A DNA stretch of 37,716 nucleotides from a virus. A program made the position numbers and the translations under genes. This document shows positions 8,793 through 18,215 of the stretch, one piece after another. Every line of letters starts with the position of its first letter. Within the stretch, counting starts at the first letter, position 1. The stretch is from IMG/VR virus record IMGVR_UViG_3300045988_027439; one strand, 5' to 3'. The notes under the pieces are model-generated. The model did no database searches. It saw only the letters and a program-made list of their open reading frames with translations, and was not told the origin of the DNA.

Positions 8793-9620
8793 TTACATAC
8801 CATAAAGGTATAAATCATCAAGAATCTGCTGCTTTTCTGCCTCGATTCTCTGTTTCTCTGCCTCTGCTGCTGCATTGTTCCGGTTTTCCAATTCCGCAAT
8901 TACCGCATCGACAATGTCCTTTGTGTCGATTCCCTTGAGTGCCTCCGGAATATTGTTGTATTTCTCGAAAAAGTCAGATGCACACGCTGCAACTGCTGTC
9001 TTTTCCTCGATTTCAACATTGAAATACTGTTGCATCTTCTTACTGTCGAACCATGTCTCATTGCTCATGAGAGATTGAATTTTGTCTCTTGTGACACCCT
9101 CCTGCACATGTTCCATGTAGACATCAAGAATTGAATCCTCGCAGAGATTCAACTGCTTTATGACTGCCTTGAAATCGTCTGCATTTCCGTACGCCATGCA
9201 TAACGGTTTGTGAATCATCGCTTGAGCACCTGTTGCGAAATGCAGTTCGTCACATGCAAACATGATGACTGATGCAATGGATGCAGCCATTCCGTCAACA
9301 TATCCGACTTTGTGTCCGTCATATCGCTTTAACTGGTTGTAGATTGCTAGTCCTGCAAATACATCTCCACCGCCGGAATTGAAATAGATGTCAATGTCCT
9401 CATATCCATCTAACTGGTTGAGGAAATCTGCGATGTCCTGCGGACATCTGTCCTCCTCATACCACATAGATTCCCATGTCGCTGATACAATGTCACCGTA
9501 GAAATACAAGGAACATCTGCTCTGCTCCTCGTCCTGCTCTAAATCCAAATAGCCGACATTCTCAACTTTTCCGCTGCGTTTATTTTTCTTTGTGAAATCA
9601 AAACGTCTTTTCTTTGCCAT
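8793..9620 (-). CDS. Head maturation protease (ClpP/S14-like)
   Basis: Motifs IDIYFNSGGGDVFAGLAIYNQL and GMAASIASVIMFACD...MIHKP resemble the ClpP serine protease fold. Confidence 0.88.
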   Translation of the reverse strand: MAKKRRFDFTKKNKRSGKVENVGYLDLEQDEEQSRCSLYFYGDIVSATWESMWYEEDRCPQDIADFLNQLDGYEDIDIYFNSGGGDVFAGLAIYNQLKRYDGHKVGYVDGMAASIASVIMFACDELHFATGAQAMIHKPLCMAYGNADDFKAVIKQLNLCEDSILDVYMEHVQEGVTRDKIQSLMSNETWFDSKKMQQYFNVEIEEKTAVAACASDFFEKYNNIPEALKGIDTKDIVDAVIAELENRNNAAAEAEKQRIEAEKQQILDDLYLYGM

Positions 9621-9622
9621 GC

Positions 9623-11026
9623 TTATTCACCTCCCTCCTCGTCAGTCTCGTCCTCTGCCGTGTCGGTTTCGTCCGGTTCTGTTGCTGTGTCCGGCTGCTC
9701 TGTGTCCGGCTCTGCTTCTTCCGGCTGCTCCGGTTCTTCGGTTTCATCCGGTTCGGATGCACCTTTCAAATATGCTGCTCCCGCCATAGTCAACGGAACG
9801 ATGCTGCCATTTGCAAGCAGGACATCGCCTCCCTCCGCATCTTCCATGTCGAGTTTACGTCTTGCCTCATTCGGTTTGATAATCATTCCCCCGACACCGT
9901 TTCTCAAATATTCCATCTGTGTTTTTGAATCGGTGCGGAACAATACCTTTTCGTTGAATTTGTAATAATACCCGTCGTCTGCATCTTCATCCGGCAGCAT
10001 CTTGAAATTGATTTCCTCCTCATACTGCTTGATGATGAACAGTTCTGTGTCGACGTAAAATGATAACTGCTGCATCTCGCTGTTACTGTATGACGACTTT
10101 GAATAGTCGTTGATTTGATTCGGTTTTACCCCGAACGCTCCGGCAATTTGCAGGGCGTTATATTTTTTCAGTTCAAAGAACTGTGAATCTGTCAGTTTGA
10201 TGTCGAGAGGTGTGAGTTTCATCCCTAACGGAACGGGCAGGATTTTTCCTGTATTCTTTGCCCCGCTGCCGAACTCCTCAAACGACTTGACGAGTGCTGT
10301 TTTCGCTTTTTCGTTCAGTTCTCCGGTATATTCAAGAGTTGCCTTTGCTGTCAGACCGCTCTCATATAAGTTGTTCATGAACGCCTGTGATTCGGACGCA
10401 CCTGCAACCGTATCTCTCAATATCTGCTGCACTGGTAGTCCTGTGATTCCGTCAAAACTGAATGATGTTTTGAAGTGCATGACCTCGTCTGTGCTGAACA
10501 CATATTGACGACCGGATGTCGGGTCTGTGTAGACGTACCACAAACACCCCACTCCTGCGAATATTCCCGCATCGTCAACGACTATCTGCACACAATTTGA
10601 CTGCATGACCCACAAATCAACGATTTTGATTTCACCGCCGTATTTCTTGCGGTTAAACTTCTTTCTCATGTACACATAGGCGTTTCCGTAATGGTTGCGG
10701 TTGATTTCAACCGTGTTCCAAAATGTCGTTGGTGTCATAAACGGATTCGGTCTTTTTGAGAGCAGCTTTGAGGCGTCCGTTGCCTCTGCCTCAATGATTC
10801 CCTTGTCCGTTTTCTGATAATATTTGATAGGCATTTTCGCAAGGGTCTCCGACAACATCTTGAGACATGTGAAATATGTGACCTCTGATGTCGGTTTCCC
10901 TTTTCTTTTCAGTCCTATCCTCTCAAGGAACGTCGGTGAGTTCAGTGTCACAACGCCTCCGCTGTCCTGTGGTTCTCCTCTCCACCAATTTGAAATTTTC
11001 ACTCCTAATCTCTGAAACGGATTCAT
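9623..11026 (-). CDS. Portal protein (HK97 family)
   Basis: 467 aa, immediately after TerL. Has an acidic Glu/Asp/Pro/Thr-rich C-terminal tail. Confidence 0.88.
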   Translation of the reverse strand: MNPFQRLGVKISNWWRGEPQDSGGVVTLNSPTFLERIGLKRKGKPTSEVTYFTCLKMLSETLAKMPIKYYQKTDKGIIEAEATDASKLLSKRPNPFMTPTTFWNTVEINRNHYGNAYVYMRKKFNRKKYGGEIKIVDLWVMQSNCVQIVVDDAGIFAGVGCLWYVYTDPTSGRQYVFSTDEVMHFKTSFSFDGITGLPVQQILRDTVAGASESQAFMNNLYESGLTAKATLEYTGELNEKAKTALVKSFEEFGSGAKNTGKILPVPLGMKLTPLDIKLTDSQFFELKKYNALQIAGAFGVKPNQINDYSKSSYSNSEMQQLSFYVDTELFIIKQYEEEINFKMLPDEDADDGYYYKFNEKVLFRTDSKTQMEYLRNGVGGMIIKPNEARRKLDMEDAEGGDVLLANGSIVPLTMAGAAYLKGASEPDETEEPEQPEEAEPDTEQPDTATEPDETDTAEDETDEEGGE

Positions 11027-12826
11027 TTATTTCTCACCGCCTTTCTTCATGTATTTTTCAAATTGCTCAAGCCATTCATTGACAGTTTCATTCACATCCG
11101 GACGGTATTCCTCTTTCATTGCGTGTTTCCATGCGTCAATGATAGCGTCAATCGGGTCTATTCTCTCTGTCGTGATGTCTTTGTCAATTTTTATTTCGCC
11201 GTAGTTGTTTGAGATGGTCTTTGCGTTTGCGATAGACCACACAAGCAAGCCATCGGCAGGAACAACAATCTTGTTTCCCTCTTTTCCGACCTCTACTCCC
11301 TCGATTTCCACGTTGCCCGCCAAAATCTCAAGTCTGAAATCGACCGTCGCATCGTTCAACTCTTTCGCTGTCTGTGTAACAGAGATTGAATCGAATCCCA
11401 ACGCCTCAAGGTCTGACAGGAACGCCGATGCGTTGTGCGGGTCATAACATATCAACTGCGGTTTGAGGTCGTATTCTTTCACCAAATCCTCAAGATATTT
11501 GATGATGTATTTGTAATCTGTCTTTATTCCTCCCAGTGTCTCGGTCACTGTCACAAGACCCTTTTCAATCCATACGTCATAAGGTACTTTGTCGGTCTTG
11601 ATGTGTTCATCCACCCTTGAGGACGGAATGAACGAATGTGTGTGTACAAAATATTTCTTTACTCCGTCAACCATGAACGGAATCACGATTGCGATTGATG
11701 TCAAGTCGCCTCCGGATGACAGGTCGACCCCGACATAACACTTTGACCCTCTGAAATCCTTGAGTGATTTCAGAACGGCACATGCTTTCCATTTTGCGAT
11801 GTCCTTGATATACAGTGAATTTGACCACTGCATCCACATATTCAACTGCTTTACGAGGAAATCTCTCAAATCCTCCCCGCCCATATCACGGGCGGTATGT
11901 GCAATCGGTATGAGGTTTTCAAGAGCATCCATGTCAAATTCAAGAATTGGGTTTGCTTTTATCCAGTTCTCCGGAACATATCTGTCGTCATGTTCGTCCA
12001 TCTGTGCGATATATACGAACTGACTGTCGTTTTCAAAAACGCCCTTTAACAAATTGCAGCAATATTCATACAATTTATAACAGGGTGATTTGAGGTCGAA
12101 CCCTGCTGTCGTGATGACCGAAATCAACGCTGACTTGAGTTTCTTGATACCTCCCTCAAGCAGCTTGTACATCTGATTCGTCTTGTGTGCGTGATACTCG
12201 TCGACAATTCCCAAATATGCACGGTGTCCGTCAAGTGACTTTGTATCACCGGACAGCGCTTTGATTTCTGAATGTGTCAACAGGCAGTCAATCGTGTGGT
12301 TGTGGTCATGCACTTTGAACCATTCCGACAAATCCTCGTCCGAATTGATGAATTTTGCGACCTCGTCAAAAACAATGTTCGCTTGGTCTTGCTTGGTAGC
12401 CGTACAAAAGATTTTTCCGTACTTGTACCCGTCAAAATTCCCGTAATAACATGCCAAAATACCGTTGATGAACGATTTTCCGTTCTGTCTGCCTAATTGC
12501 ACGTAGGACGTTCTAAACCGTCTGTATGATTTTTCCTTTGTTCTCCACCCGTTGAGTGACCCTAAAATAAAGCACTGGAACGGATATGCGGTCACATGCT
12601 CGTTTTCTTCGCCCTCTGCAATGGTCAATTCCTCTGCAAAATTGATGATTTCCTCTGACTTTTCAACGTCGAAATAGTATTTGTACGGTGCTGCTTTCGA
12701 TTTCTCAATGTCGTCGAGGTGTCTTTGACATGCAAGTCGGACATATTCTCCGGCTGTTATCTTGCCCGAAACAACATCAAGGGCGTATTGTGTGCAGCGG
12801 TCTTGTGTTTCTCCTGCTTTCGCCAT
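11027..12826 (-). CDS. terL: Terminase large subunit
   Basis: 599 aa. Walker A-like QLGRQNGKS. Position between TerS and the portal gene. Confidence 0.9.
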   Translation of the reverse strand: MAKAGETQDRCTQYALDVVSGKITAGEYVRLACQRHLDDIEKSKAAPYKYYFDVEKSEEIINFAEELTIAEGEENEHVTAYPFQCFILGSLNGWRTKEKSYRRFRTSYVQLGRQNGKSFINGILACYYGNFDGYKYGKIFCTATKQDQANIVFDEVAKFINSDEDLSEWFKVHDHNHTIDCLLTHSEIKALSGDTKSLDGHRAYLGIVDEYHAHKTNQMYKLLEGGIKKLKSALISVITTAGFDLKSPCYKLYEYCCNLLKGVFENDSQFVYIAQMDEHDDRYVPENWIKANPILEFDMDALENLIPIAHTARDMGGEDLRDFLVKQLNMWMQWSNSLYIKDIAKWKACAVLKSLKDFRGSKCYVGVDLSSGGDLTSIAIVIPFMVDGVKKYFVHTHSFIPSSRVDEHIKTDKVPYDVWIEKGLVTVTETLGGIKTDYKYIIKYLEDLVKEYDLKPQLICYDPHNASAFLSDLEALGFDSISVTQTAKELNDATVDFRLEILAGNVEIEGVEVGKEGNKIVVPADGLLVWSIANAKTISNNYGEIKIDKDITTERIDPIDAIIDAWKHAMKEEYRPDVNETVNEWLEQFEKYMKKGGEK

Positions 12827-12829
12827 ACC

Positions 12830-13369
12830 TTAATTTGCATATTTCGCAAATTTATTCTCCGGCTTTTGCTGCTGCGGTTTCGGTACGACCAAACGGCAGC
12901 GTGAGGAGACTGTTAATCCGAAATCCGATGCTCCCTGTCTGCACTGTTTCATGCAGCGGTCTTGAATAATCATGAGACGCTCACGTTCACCGTTCACGAC
13001 CTGCCTTGTACCGACCTGCACACGTTCTTTTTCTCCCGTGTCCGGATTCGTCTTTGTCTCATATACCGGAACATCCTCCATCAATGGAGTTGCTCTGATT
13101 TGCTGCGTGATTTCGATGTACTGGTCTTGTGCAATGAGCAATCTCGCCAGTGCATCGCTGTCAACATTCGCAATCAGTTTGATTTCAAGTAATTCTTTCG
13201 CAATCTTCCGGAACTTTTTCTTTTGCTCCGGTGTCAAATATGACGGAGGTTTCACTTTGTTGTTCGGTGCTACAACCTCGGCGTTTTTTCGTGCCTCAAT
13301 TTCTGCTTTTGTGAGGTGTTTTCGCCCGTTCATAACAACCAAATCCGTGGGTTGTCTCTGCCCTGCCAT
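12830..13369 (-). CDS. terS: Terminase small subunit (P27 family)
   Basis: 179 aa. MAGQRQPTDLVVMNGRKHLTKAEIEARKNAE... is characteristic of P27-family small terminases. Confidence 0.8.
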   Translation of the reverse strand: MAGQRQPTDLVVMNGRKHLTKAEIEARKNAEVVAPNNKVKPPSYLTPEQKKKFRKIAKELLEIKLIANVDSDALARLLIAQDQYIEITQQIRATPLMEDVPVYETKTNPDTGEKERVQVGTRQVVNGERERLMIIQDRCMKQCRQGASDFGLTVSSRCRLVVPKPQQQKPENKFAKYAN

Positions 13370-13413
13370 GTAGCAACAAACCCCCTTTCCGTCAACATTT
13401 CAGTGATTTTGTG

Positions 13414-13956
13414 TCACATTCTGACACCCCTTTCGGATGTACCTTTCTGCTGAAATTCCCGTGGGGAGTTTTCTCCAAACAAAAGAGGGGGTGCGACTAG
13501 AAATGAATCGCACAAAACTTTTTTATATCCCCCTGCCTCTCGAAAGTGGTACTCAATCAGTGATCTCAACTGTTTCTGTGTTGCTCTCATGCTCGCTTTG
13601 CTCTGCTTATACAGAGCCGTGATTGTATTGTGTGTTTTATGATTGAGAGGTATGAGGTTGAACGGATTCAAACGCTGCTCCCAGTCGTCCTCAAGTTCAA
13701 CGATATGGTGAACAGGATTGCATGTGAGTAGTTCATGTTCGACATATAATGCGTATATATCTACGTTGTCATAGACCTCAATGATACGTTCCCGCATCGC
13801 CCGCCATTCCTTTGATACATAGAACTCCGCTGCTCTCTCGTCTCGCCGTGTGTTGTTGTATATCATGTGTCTCGACTGCTGCTGCCGTTCACATTCCTCG
13901 CACATCTTCATCGACTGCGGAATCAGCTTGCCACACCTGCATGATTTCAAAAGCAT
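13414..13956 (-). CDS. HNH endonuclease (packaging-associated)
   Basis: Cys pairs CRCG...CEEC and an HNH core HHIVELEDDW...NLIPLNHKTHN. Lies directly upstream of terS, as in HK97-like cos phages. Confidence 0.85.
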   Translation of the reverse strand: MLLKSCRCGKLIPQSMKMCEECERQQQSRHMIYNNTRRDERAAEFYVSKEWRAMRERIIEVYDNVDIYALYVEHELLTCNPVHHIVELEDDWEQRLNPFNLIPLNHKTHNTITALYKQSKASMRATQKQLRSLIEYHFREAGGYKKVLCDSFLVAPPLLFGENSPREFQQKGTSERGVRM

Positions 13957-14147
13957 CTGTGTTCTCCTCTCTTTCTTGGTTCTCCTGCTTTGTTATCCAC
14001 AAGAGGCGGGCAGTTATGCACATTACTGTGTATACTTACCCGCATATAACAGGAGGGCAAACAGGCAGGAAAAAAGCGACTGCATATCTGCAATCGCTCA
14101 ACTCAACTGTTCACGCTAACATATTAGCACTTTCATTTCGTCTTTTG

Positions 14148-14230
14148 TTCACCCACTTTTCACCCCTATTTTCACCTTCATTTCACCCTGTTTTCACTCC
14201 GTTTCTATCGTTTTCAATCGCTTTTGCACC
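14148..14230. repeat. Helically phased array of TTTTCAC(C) / GGTGAAAA motifs (7 units, about 11-bp period)
   Basis: CAC cores at 14150, 14161, 14173, 14184, 14195, (14215), 14227. The array spans the 3' end of the activator gene and the start of the 226-nt gap before HNH. Confidence 0.8.
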
Positions 14231-14626
14231 AAATAATTTGATTGACAGACGTTGAATCATAACCTTGCACCACTTTTTCGGTGAGTTGCGTCCGCAGCCT
14301 GTCTCCCTCACTATATCCTCGTATGTTTTGCCCTTGATATATACCGCCTCAAGTGCGTCATACTTGTACCCCTCACCTGCTGCCTCTGCATCTTCTTTTA
14401 GCGATGCAAGAGCCTGTTTGAGATGCTCGAACAGAATGACCGTCTCTGCACGGCACTCTCTGACTGATTGCAGAAACGCTCTCTCTGCTGATATGTTGTA
14501 TTTGCTTATGTTTGGCACTTGAGAGGTCTCTGACACTGCCTCTTTGATGTATCGTTCCATTTCACGATAGTTTTCGAGATATAGCAGGGTTTTGTCAATG
14601 ACTGTCTGCTCCTTTTCCTCTTTCAT
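14183..14626 (-). CDS. Putative late-gene transcriptional activator, sigma-70 region-4-like HTH (RinA/ArpU-type position)
   Basis: 147 aa. The C-terminal stretch YIKGKTYEDIVRETGCGRNSPKKWCKVMIQRLSIKL resembles a sigma r4 HTH. It is the last gene before the HNH/terminase block. RBS GAGGAG. Confidence 0.5.
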   Translation of the reverse strand: MKEEKEQTVIDKTLLYLENYREMERYIKEAVSETSQVPNISKYNISAERAFLQSVRECRAETVILFEHLKQALASLKEDAEAAGEGYKYDALEAVYIKGKTYEDIVRETGCGRNSPKKWCKVMIQRLSIKLFGAKAIENDRNGVKTG

Positions 14627-14969
14627 GCTTTCTCCTCGCTTTCTGCTTTCGTCTCATAGGCAGACCGTGCATTTTACGCCAGTTATTTGTATCTCGGCGA
14701 TTTGTGCATCCTTGCGAACCGCTCATTTTCATAATTGCCGTTTTTACCTGCTCCGCTGTGACCCCCGTTTGCATGACCGCCTCGGCGAACTGTTCTGCTG
14801 TTGTCTTTGCTTTGATTTCCGGTTTTTTATATTCCTTTTTTTCTGCGATGCCCTTATTAACTGTTGCTTTATCTGCTGCCTGTTCGATCATGTTTGAGAT
14901 TTCTTTTTCTGTCTTTCCGGCTTTTCTAAAATGCTCAATCACGCTTTTCACGATGCTCATAATTCCCAT
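14595..14969 (-). CDS. Hypothetical protein with a basic C-terminus
   Basis: 124 aa. AAGGAGGAG lies 9 nt upstream. The 3' end overlaps the next gene by 32 nt. No family recognised. Confidence 0.5.
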   Translation of the reverse strand: MGIMSIVKSVIEHFRKAGKTEKEISNMIEQAADKATVNKGIAEKKEYKKPEIKAKTTAEQFAEAVMQTGVTAEQVKTAIMKMSGSQGCTNRRDTNNWRKMHGLPMRRKQKARRKHERGKGADSH

Positions 14970-14992
14970 ATTATCACGCTCCTCCTTTCCGT

Positions 14993-15421
14993 TTACACAA
15001 AAGGGAGTTGTTCGTCAACGCCGTCCGGAATATTCATGAATCCGTCTCCTGCATCCGTATAATCTGCATTTTGTCCCTGTTCTCCCGCTGCTTTCTTACT
15101 TTCCGCAAATTCCTGTTCCTCAATCACAACATCTGTCGTATAAACCCGCTGTCCGTCTCTGTTTGTGTATGAGCCTGTCTGAATCCTGCCTGTGACAACG
15201 ATTTTCGTTCCCTGTTTCAAATGTTTCTCTGCAAATTCGCCATTTCTGCCAAATGCAACGCATGAGATGAAATCTGCGGACGGTTGCCCGTCCCGCTGCC
15301 CCCAACGATCAACCGCCAGAGTGTAACGTGCCACGCACATGGATTCCTGCGAACTGTTCTGCTGCGTATATCTGACATTCGGGTCTCTTGTGAGTCTCCC
15401 CATCAATATGACTTTATTCAT
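14993..15421 (-). CDS. ssb: Single-stranded DNA-binding protein
   Basis: OB-fold N-terminus MNKVILMGRLTRDPNVRYT and an acidic tip ending DEQLPFV. Confidence 0.92.
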   Translation of the reverse strand: MNKVILMGRLTRDPNVRYTQQNSSQESMCVARYTLAVDRWGQRDGQPSADFISCVAFGRNGEFAEKHLKQGTKIVVTGRIQTGSYTNRDGQRVYTTDVVIEEQEFAESKKAAGEQGQNADYTDAGDGFMNIPDGVDEQLPFV

Positions 15422-16007
15422 TTGCCGTTCCCGTCCTTTCTCTCTGCATCACATACTCATTTTGCATCTTCTGCAATCTGACGAGACCTTTTTTGAACTC
15501 AAGATCATCGCCATTCATGCAGACATCGAATATTTTCTCATAATCAACAATGTGCATCTTGATGAACTCTGCCTCTGCTGCCGTCCGGCTCTCATTGATG
15601 AACATTCCCTTGACTGCCTCTTTTATCATCTCGCAATGGGTCTTTTCCTCCTCTGACTGTGGCGGTGTGCTTTCGATCATGCGGTCATAGACTTTGTCAA
15701 TCGCCCCTGCAATCAGTTCTCTCCAACCTTTGCCCTTTTCCCCGATTAACTGGTTTTCAATGTCCTCAAATCGGTTTCCGTGTCCTGCTGCTACGATGCG
15801 GATGTCCTTTTTGCCCTTTGCTGCAATCAGAATCAAATCGTCATCGTATGCTTCCATGTAATAGTCAAATTTTGCATCGAAATTCTCTCTCGGATTGATG
15901 ATGATTTCCGGCTGACTGTTTCCCTCCGTCTTGATACTCACTCCGATGTATTTCGCATCCTTGATTTTCGCATTGATAAATTCTGCCTTTAATGTGCTTT
16001 TGTTCAT
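15414..16007 (-). CDS. Hypothetical protein
   Basis: 197 aa. ATGA-coupled to the upstream gene with a GGAGGAG RBS. No motif recognised. Confidence 0.55.
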   Translation of the reverse strand: MNKSTLKAEFINAKIKDAKYIGVSIKTEGNSQPEIIINPRENFDAKFDYYMEAYDDDLILIAAKGKKDIRIVAAGHGNRFEDIENQLIGEKGKGWRELIAGAIDKVYDRMIESTPPQSEEEKTHCEMIKEAVKGMFINESRTAAEAEFIKMHIVDYEKIFDVCMNGDDLEFKKGLVRLQKMQNEYVMQRERTGTANE

Positions 16008-16577
16008 GCTGCTCCTCCATTCACTAATCTGTTGAGTAACTGTTCATACATGGTCTTGTATGTGTCTCTTTCTGTCTGCAATCGGATTGTCTCCTCTGAT
16101 GATGCTGTGTTTTCCGGCTTTACATTTGCCTTTTCTTTCAATTCCTGCTCCATCGCTTGAATCTTGTTGCGATAGAGTTCGATTTCCTCCTGTTGATTCT
16201 TGATTGTCTCATTGTATTTCTTTGAGGTTTTCATGCTGCTGTCAAGCTGCAAGGAAATCATGAGAGCGATGTCGATGTTCTCCATCTCTTTGTCTGTACA
16301 CTCCCCGATATACGTTCCGATGCGTTCTGTTGATACCGAATAGACCTGTTCACACAAAACGGTGCTTGGTCTGCCCGTCGATCTCACTGTCACATGCGTC
16401 GGAAGATCTGTTTTCGGCTGTGTGGTCATATATACAATTTCAACGACATTACTGTTCTCATTGTTCTTGTTATTGCTCACAATGACCGCCGGACGGTCGG
16501 AGTGCTGCTCGCTCCCGCTATACGATGCCCCCCCCTCTGCTGATATAGAACATTTCGCCTCTCTTGATGTTATCCAT
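16004..16577 (-). pseudogene. PemK/MazF (EndoA)-family toxin gene with C-terminal coiled-coil extension, interrupted by a frameshift in a G8 (plus-strand C8) tract
   Basis: The ATG at 16577 (GGAGG 7 nt upstream) gives MDNIKRGEMFYISRGGGIV*, ending at 16518. Removing one G gives MDNIKRGEMFYISRGGASYSGSEQHSDRPAVIVSNN...LPTHVTVRSTGRPSTVLCEQVYSVSTERI...IDIALMISLQL. This aligns along its length with my recollection of B. subtilis EndoA (KRGDVY..GSEQGGVRPVLVI..LPTHVEI..SVILLEQIRTIDKQRL..ALQISLAL). Confidence 0.85.
16528..16535. repeat. C8/G8 homopolymer at the MazF frameshift site
   Basis: Counted directly: gatgCCCCCCCCtctg. Confidence 0.95.
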
Positions 16578-16876
16578 CACAATTCCTCCTTTTTTATCAC
16601 TCTATACAGTCTTTTTGCCTTGATATATTCCTTGTATTCTTCATCGGTCATCATCACAATATTTGTTTTGTCCTTTATATCTTCCGTAAACTGTTCTTTG
16701 CTTTTTCCGTACACATCCGCACCAAAAATCCGCAGATGTTTAACTAAAGTCTTTCCTCTGATGATTCCCTCTCTGATAATTTTTCCGTCCTCCGTTTCTG
16801 TGTCCTCAAATCTTTTCAATGTGTAATTCAGCGAGAACTCCATTGCTGCCAAAATCGGGTCTTTTATCTCTGTCAT
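16577..16876 (-). CDS. Hypothetical protein (99 aa), translationally coupled (TGATG) to the MazF-like gene; possible antitoxin by position only
   Basis: ATG at 16876, just after the ParB-like stop. Its stop overlaps the MazF ATG by 1 nt. No RHH/AbrB motif recognised. Confidence 0.5.
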   Translation of the reverse strand: MTEIKDPILAAMEFSLNYTLKRFEDTETEDGKIIREGIIRGKTLVKHLRIFGADVYGKSKEQFTEDIKDKTNIVMMTDEEYKEYIKAKRLYRVIKKEEL

Positions 16877-16877
16877 T

Positions 16878-18197
16878 CTACGCCTCACCGTCTTTCATGA
16901 GTTTGGTTGCCATGATGCAATATCCGTCCTCAATTCCGGTGTAGTCCTCAAGAATATACGTCACAAGCACCTTGACCATGCGTCCGGTGTTCTTCCCGTC
17001 TGCAAATTCCATCATCTCAAGAATGTCGCCTTTTTTATAGCCTCTGTCATTCTTCTGGAGTTCAAATGTTTTGATTCCGTTTGCCACATCATCGAAATAA
17101 GGCTTTGCAAGGCGTATCTGATGCACTTTCTGTCCGGTCTCCTGTGTATCTGACGGGAGACTCTGCATCTTCTCCTCCTGCTCCATCTCACGGAGTTTTT
17201 TCTTTGTCTCACGGTCGATTGCATCCTGCTCCTCTGAATATCTCTGCTCGTCGGTCTTGTACGCCTCCGCACGGTTGTTGTACTGGTCGCATGAGGTACA
17301 TGTTCCGGTCTTGACATTGCATGTCTCATATTCGGTGCAGGAATAGCAAATGGATGTGATTCCCTCCGGATGCGGTGTCTCGTAATCGTCGCCCGCTCTT
17401 ACTTCCGGAGGATTCATGCTGCTTTCTGCTGTGTCGGATTCTGACACCTGCTGCCCCGCTGCTTTCGCTTCTTTCATGTCTTTCACTTCTTTATGTGTCA
17501 GTTCTCCGGTCTCTGCGAATTTTCCCAGTGCCTCACGCTGCTCGTCCTCTGTCATTCCGCTCAATTCATAAGCTGCGGAGAATGTGAGACGTTCTTTCTT
17601 GAGTTCTTCCCTCCATTCCGGAATCAGATTGTTGTTGACTGCCTCAATCTGTGCAATCTTCGTTTTGCTCATGTGCAGCATCGAGGAAATCACATCTCTC
17701 AACCGTCCAGATTGCAGGTCATATCCCTTGATTTTTTTCCCTGCTGCTTTCATACGCTCAAGAGATGCCTTGAGGCGTGTTTCCTCCTCGATCATGTCAG
17801 AAATGGTCTTTGTACGGTATGCGTTGGCGATGATGATTTCAACCTGCTCCTCGTCATCATCCTGCGGTGTGGTCAATTTACTTGTTGCCAGTTCAAAGTC
17901 GTTATATCCCTTTGATACGAGGTACTTGAGAGCCTCCCATCGTCTTTCACCTGCGACGATTCTGTATTCGCCCTTTTCGCATGGTGCATATACGAGTTCG
18001 AGGTTCTGTTTCAAACCGGACAGGAGGATATCTCCTGCCAGTTCTTCGATGTCCTTGACACTGTAAAAATTCATGGTGTTGCGGTACATCTTGAAAATCG
18101 AAATGTCCTTTGTCCGGAATCTCGCTCTCGGAGATTCGTCAATTCCTGCTTTGCTGTTTTTGTTGAGTGCGTCTTTGACGCTGAATCCTGCTGCCAT
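16878..18197 (-). CDS. ParB-like N-terminal domain protein fused to a Cys-rich linker and a C-terminal DUF3850/ASCH-like domain
   Basis: ParB box YRIVAGERRWEALKYL. HTH-like MSKTKIAQIEAVNN. Cys cluster ICYSCTEYETCNVKTGTCTSCDQY. C-terminal VHQIRLAKPYFDDVANGIKTFELQKNDRGYKKGDILEMMEF resembles DUF3850 (ASCH fold). Confidence 0.75.
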   Translation of the reverse strand: MAAGFSVKDALNKNSKAGIDESPRARFRTKDISIFKMYRNTMNFYSVKDIEELAGDILLSGLKQNLELVYAPCEKGEYRIVAGERRWEALKYLVSKGYNDFELATSKLTTPQDDDEEQVEIIIANAYRTKTISDMIEEETRLKASLERMKAAGKKIKGYDLQSGRLRDVISSMLHMSKTKIAQIEAVNNNLIPEWREELKKERLTFSAAYELSGMTEDEQREALGKFAETGELTHKEVKDMKEAKAAGQQVSESDTAESSMNPPEVRAGDDYETPHPEGITSICYSCTEYETCNVKTGTCTSCDQYNNRAEAYKTDEQRYSEEQDAIDRETKKKLREMEQEEKMQSLPSDTQETGQKVHQIRLAKPYFDDVANGIKTFELQKNDRGYKKGDILEMMEFADGKNTGRMVKVLVTYILEDYTGIEDGYCIMATKLMKDGEA

Positions 18198-18215
18198 CTG
18201 TTCACCCTCCTGCTG

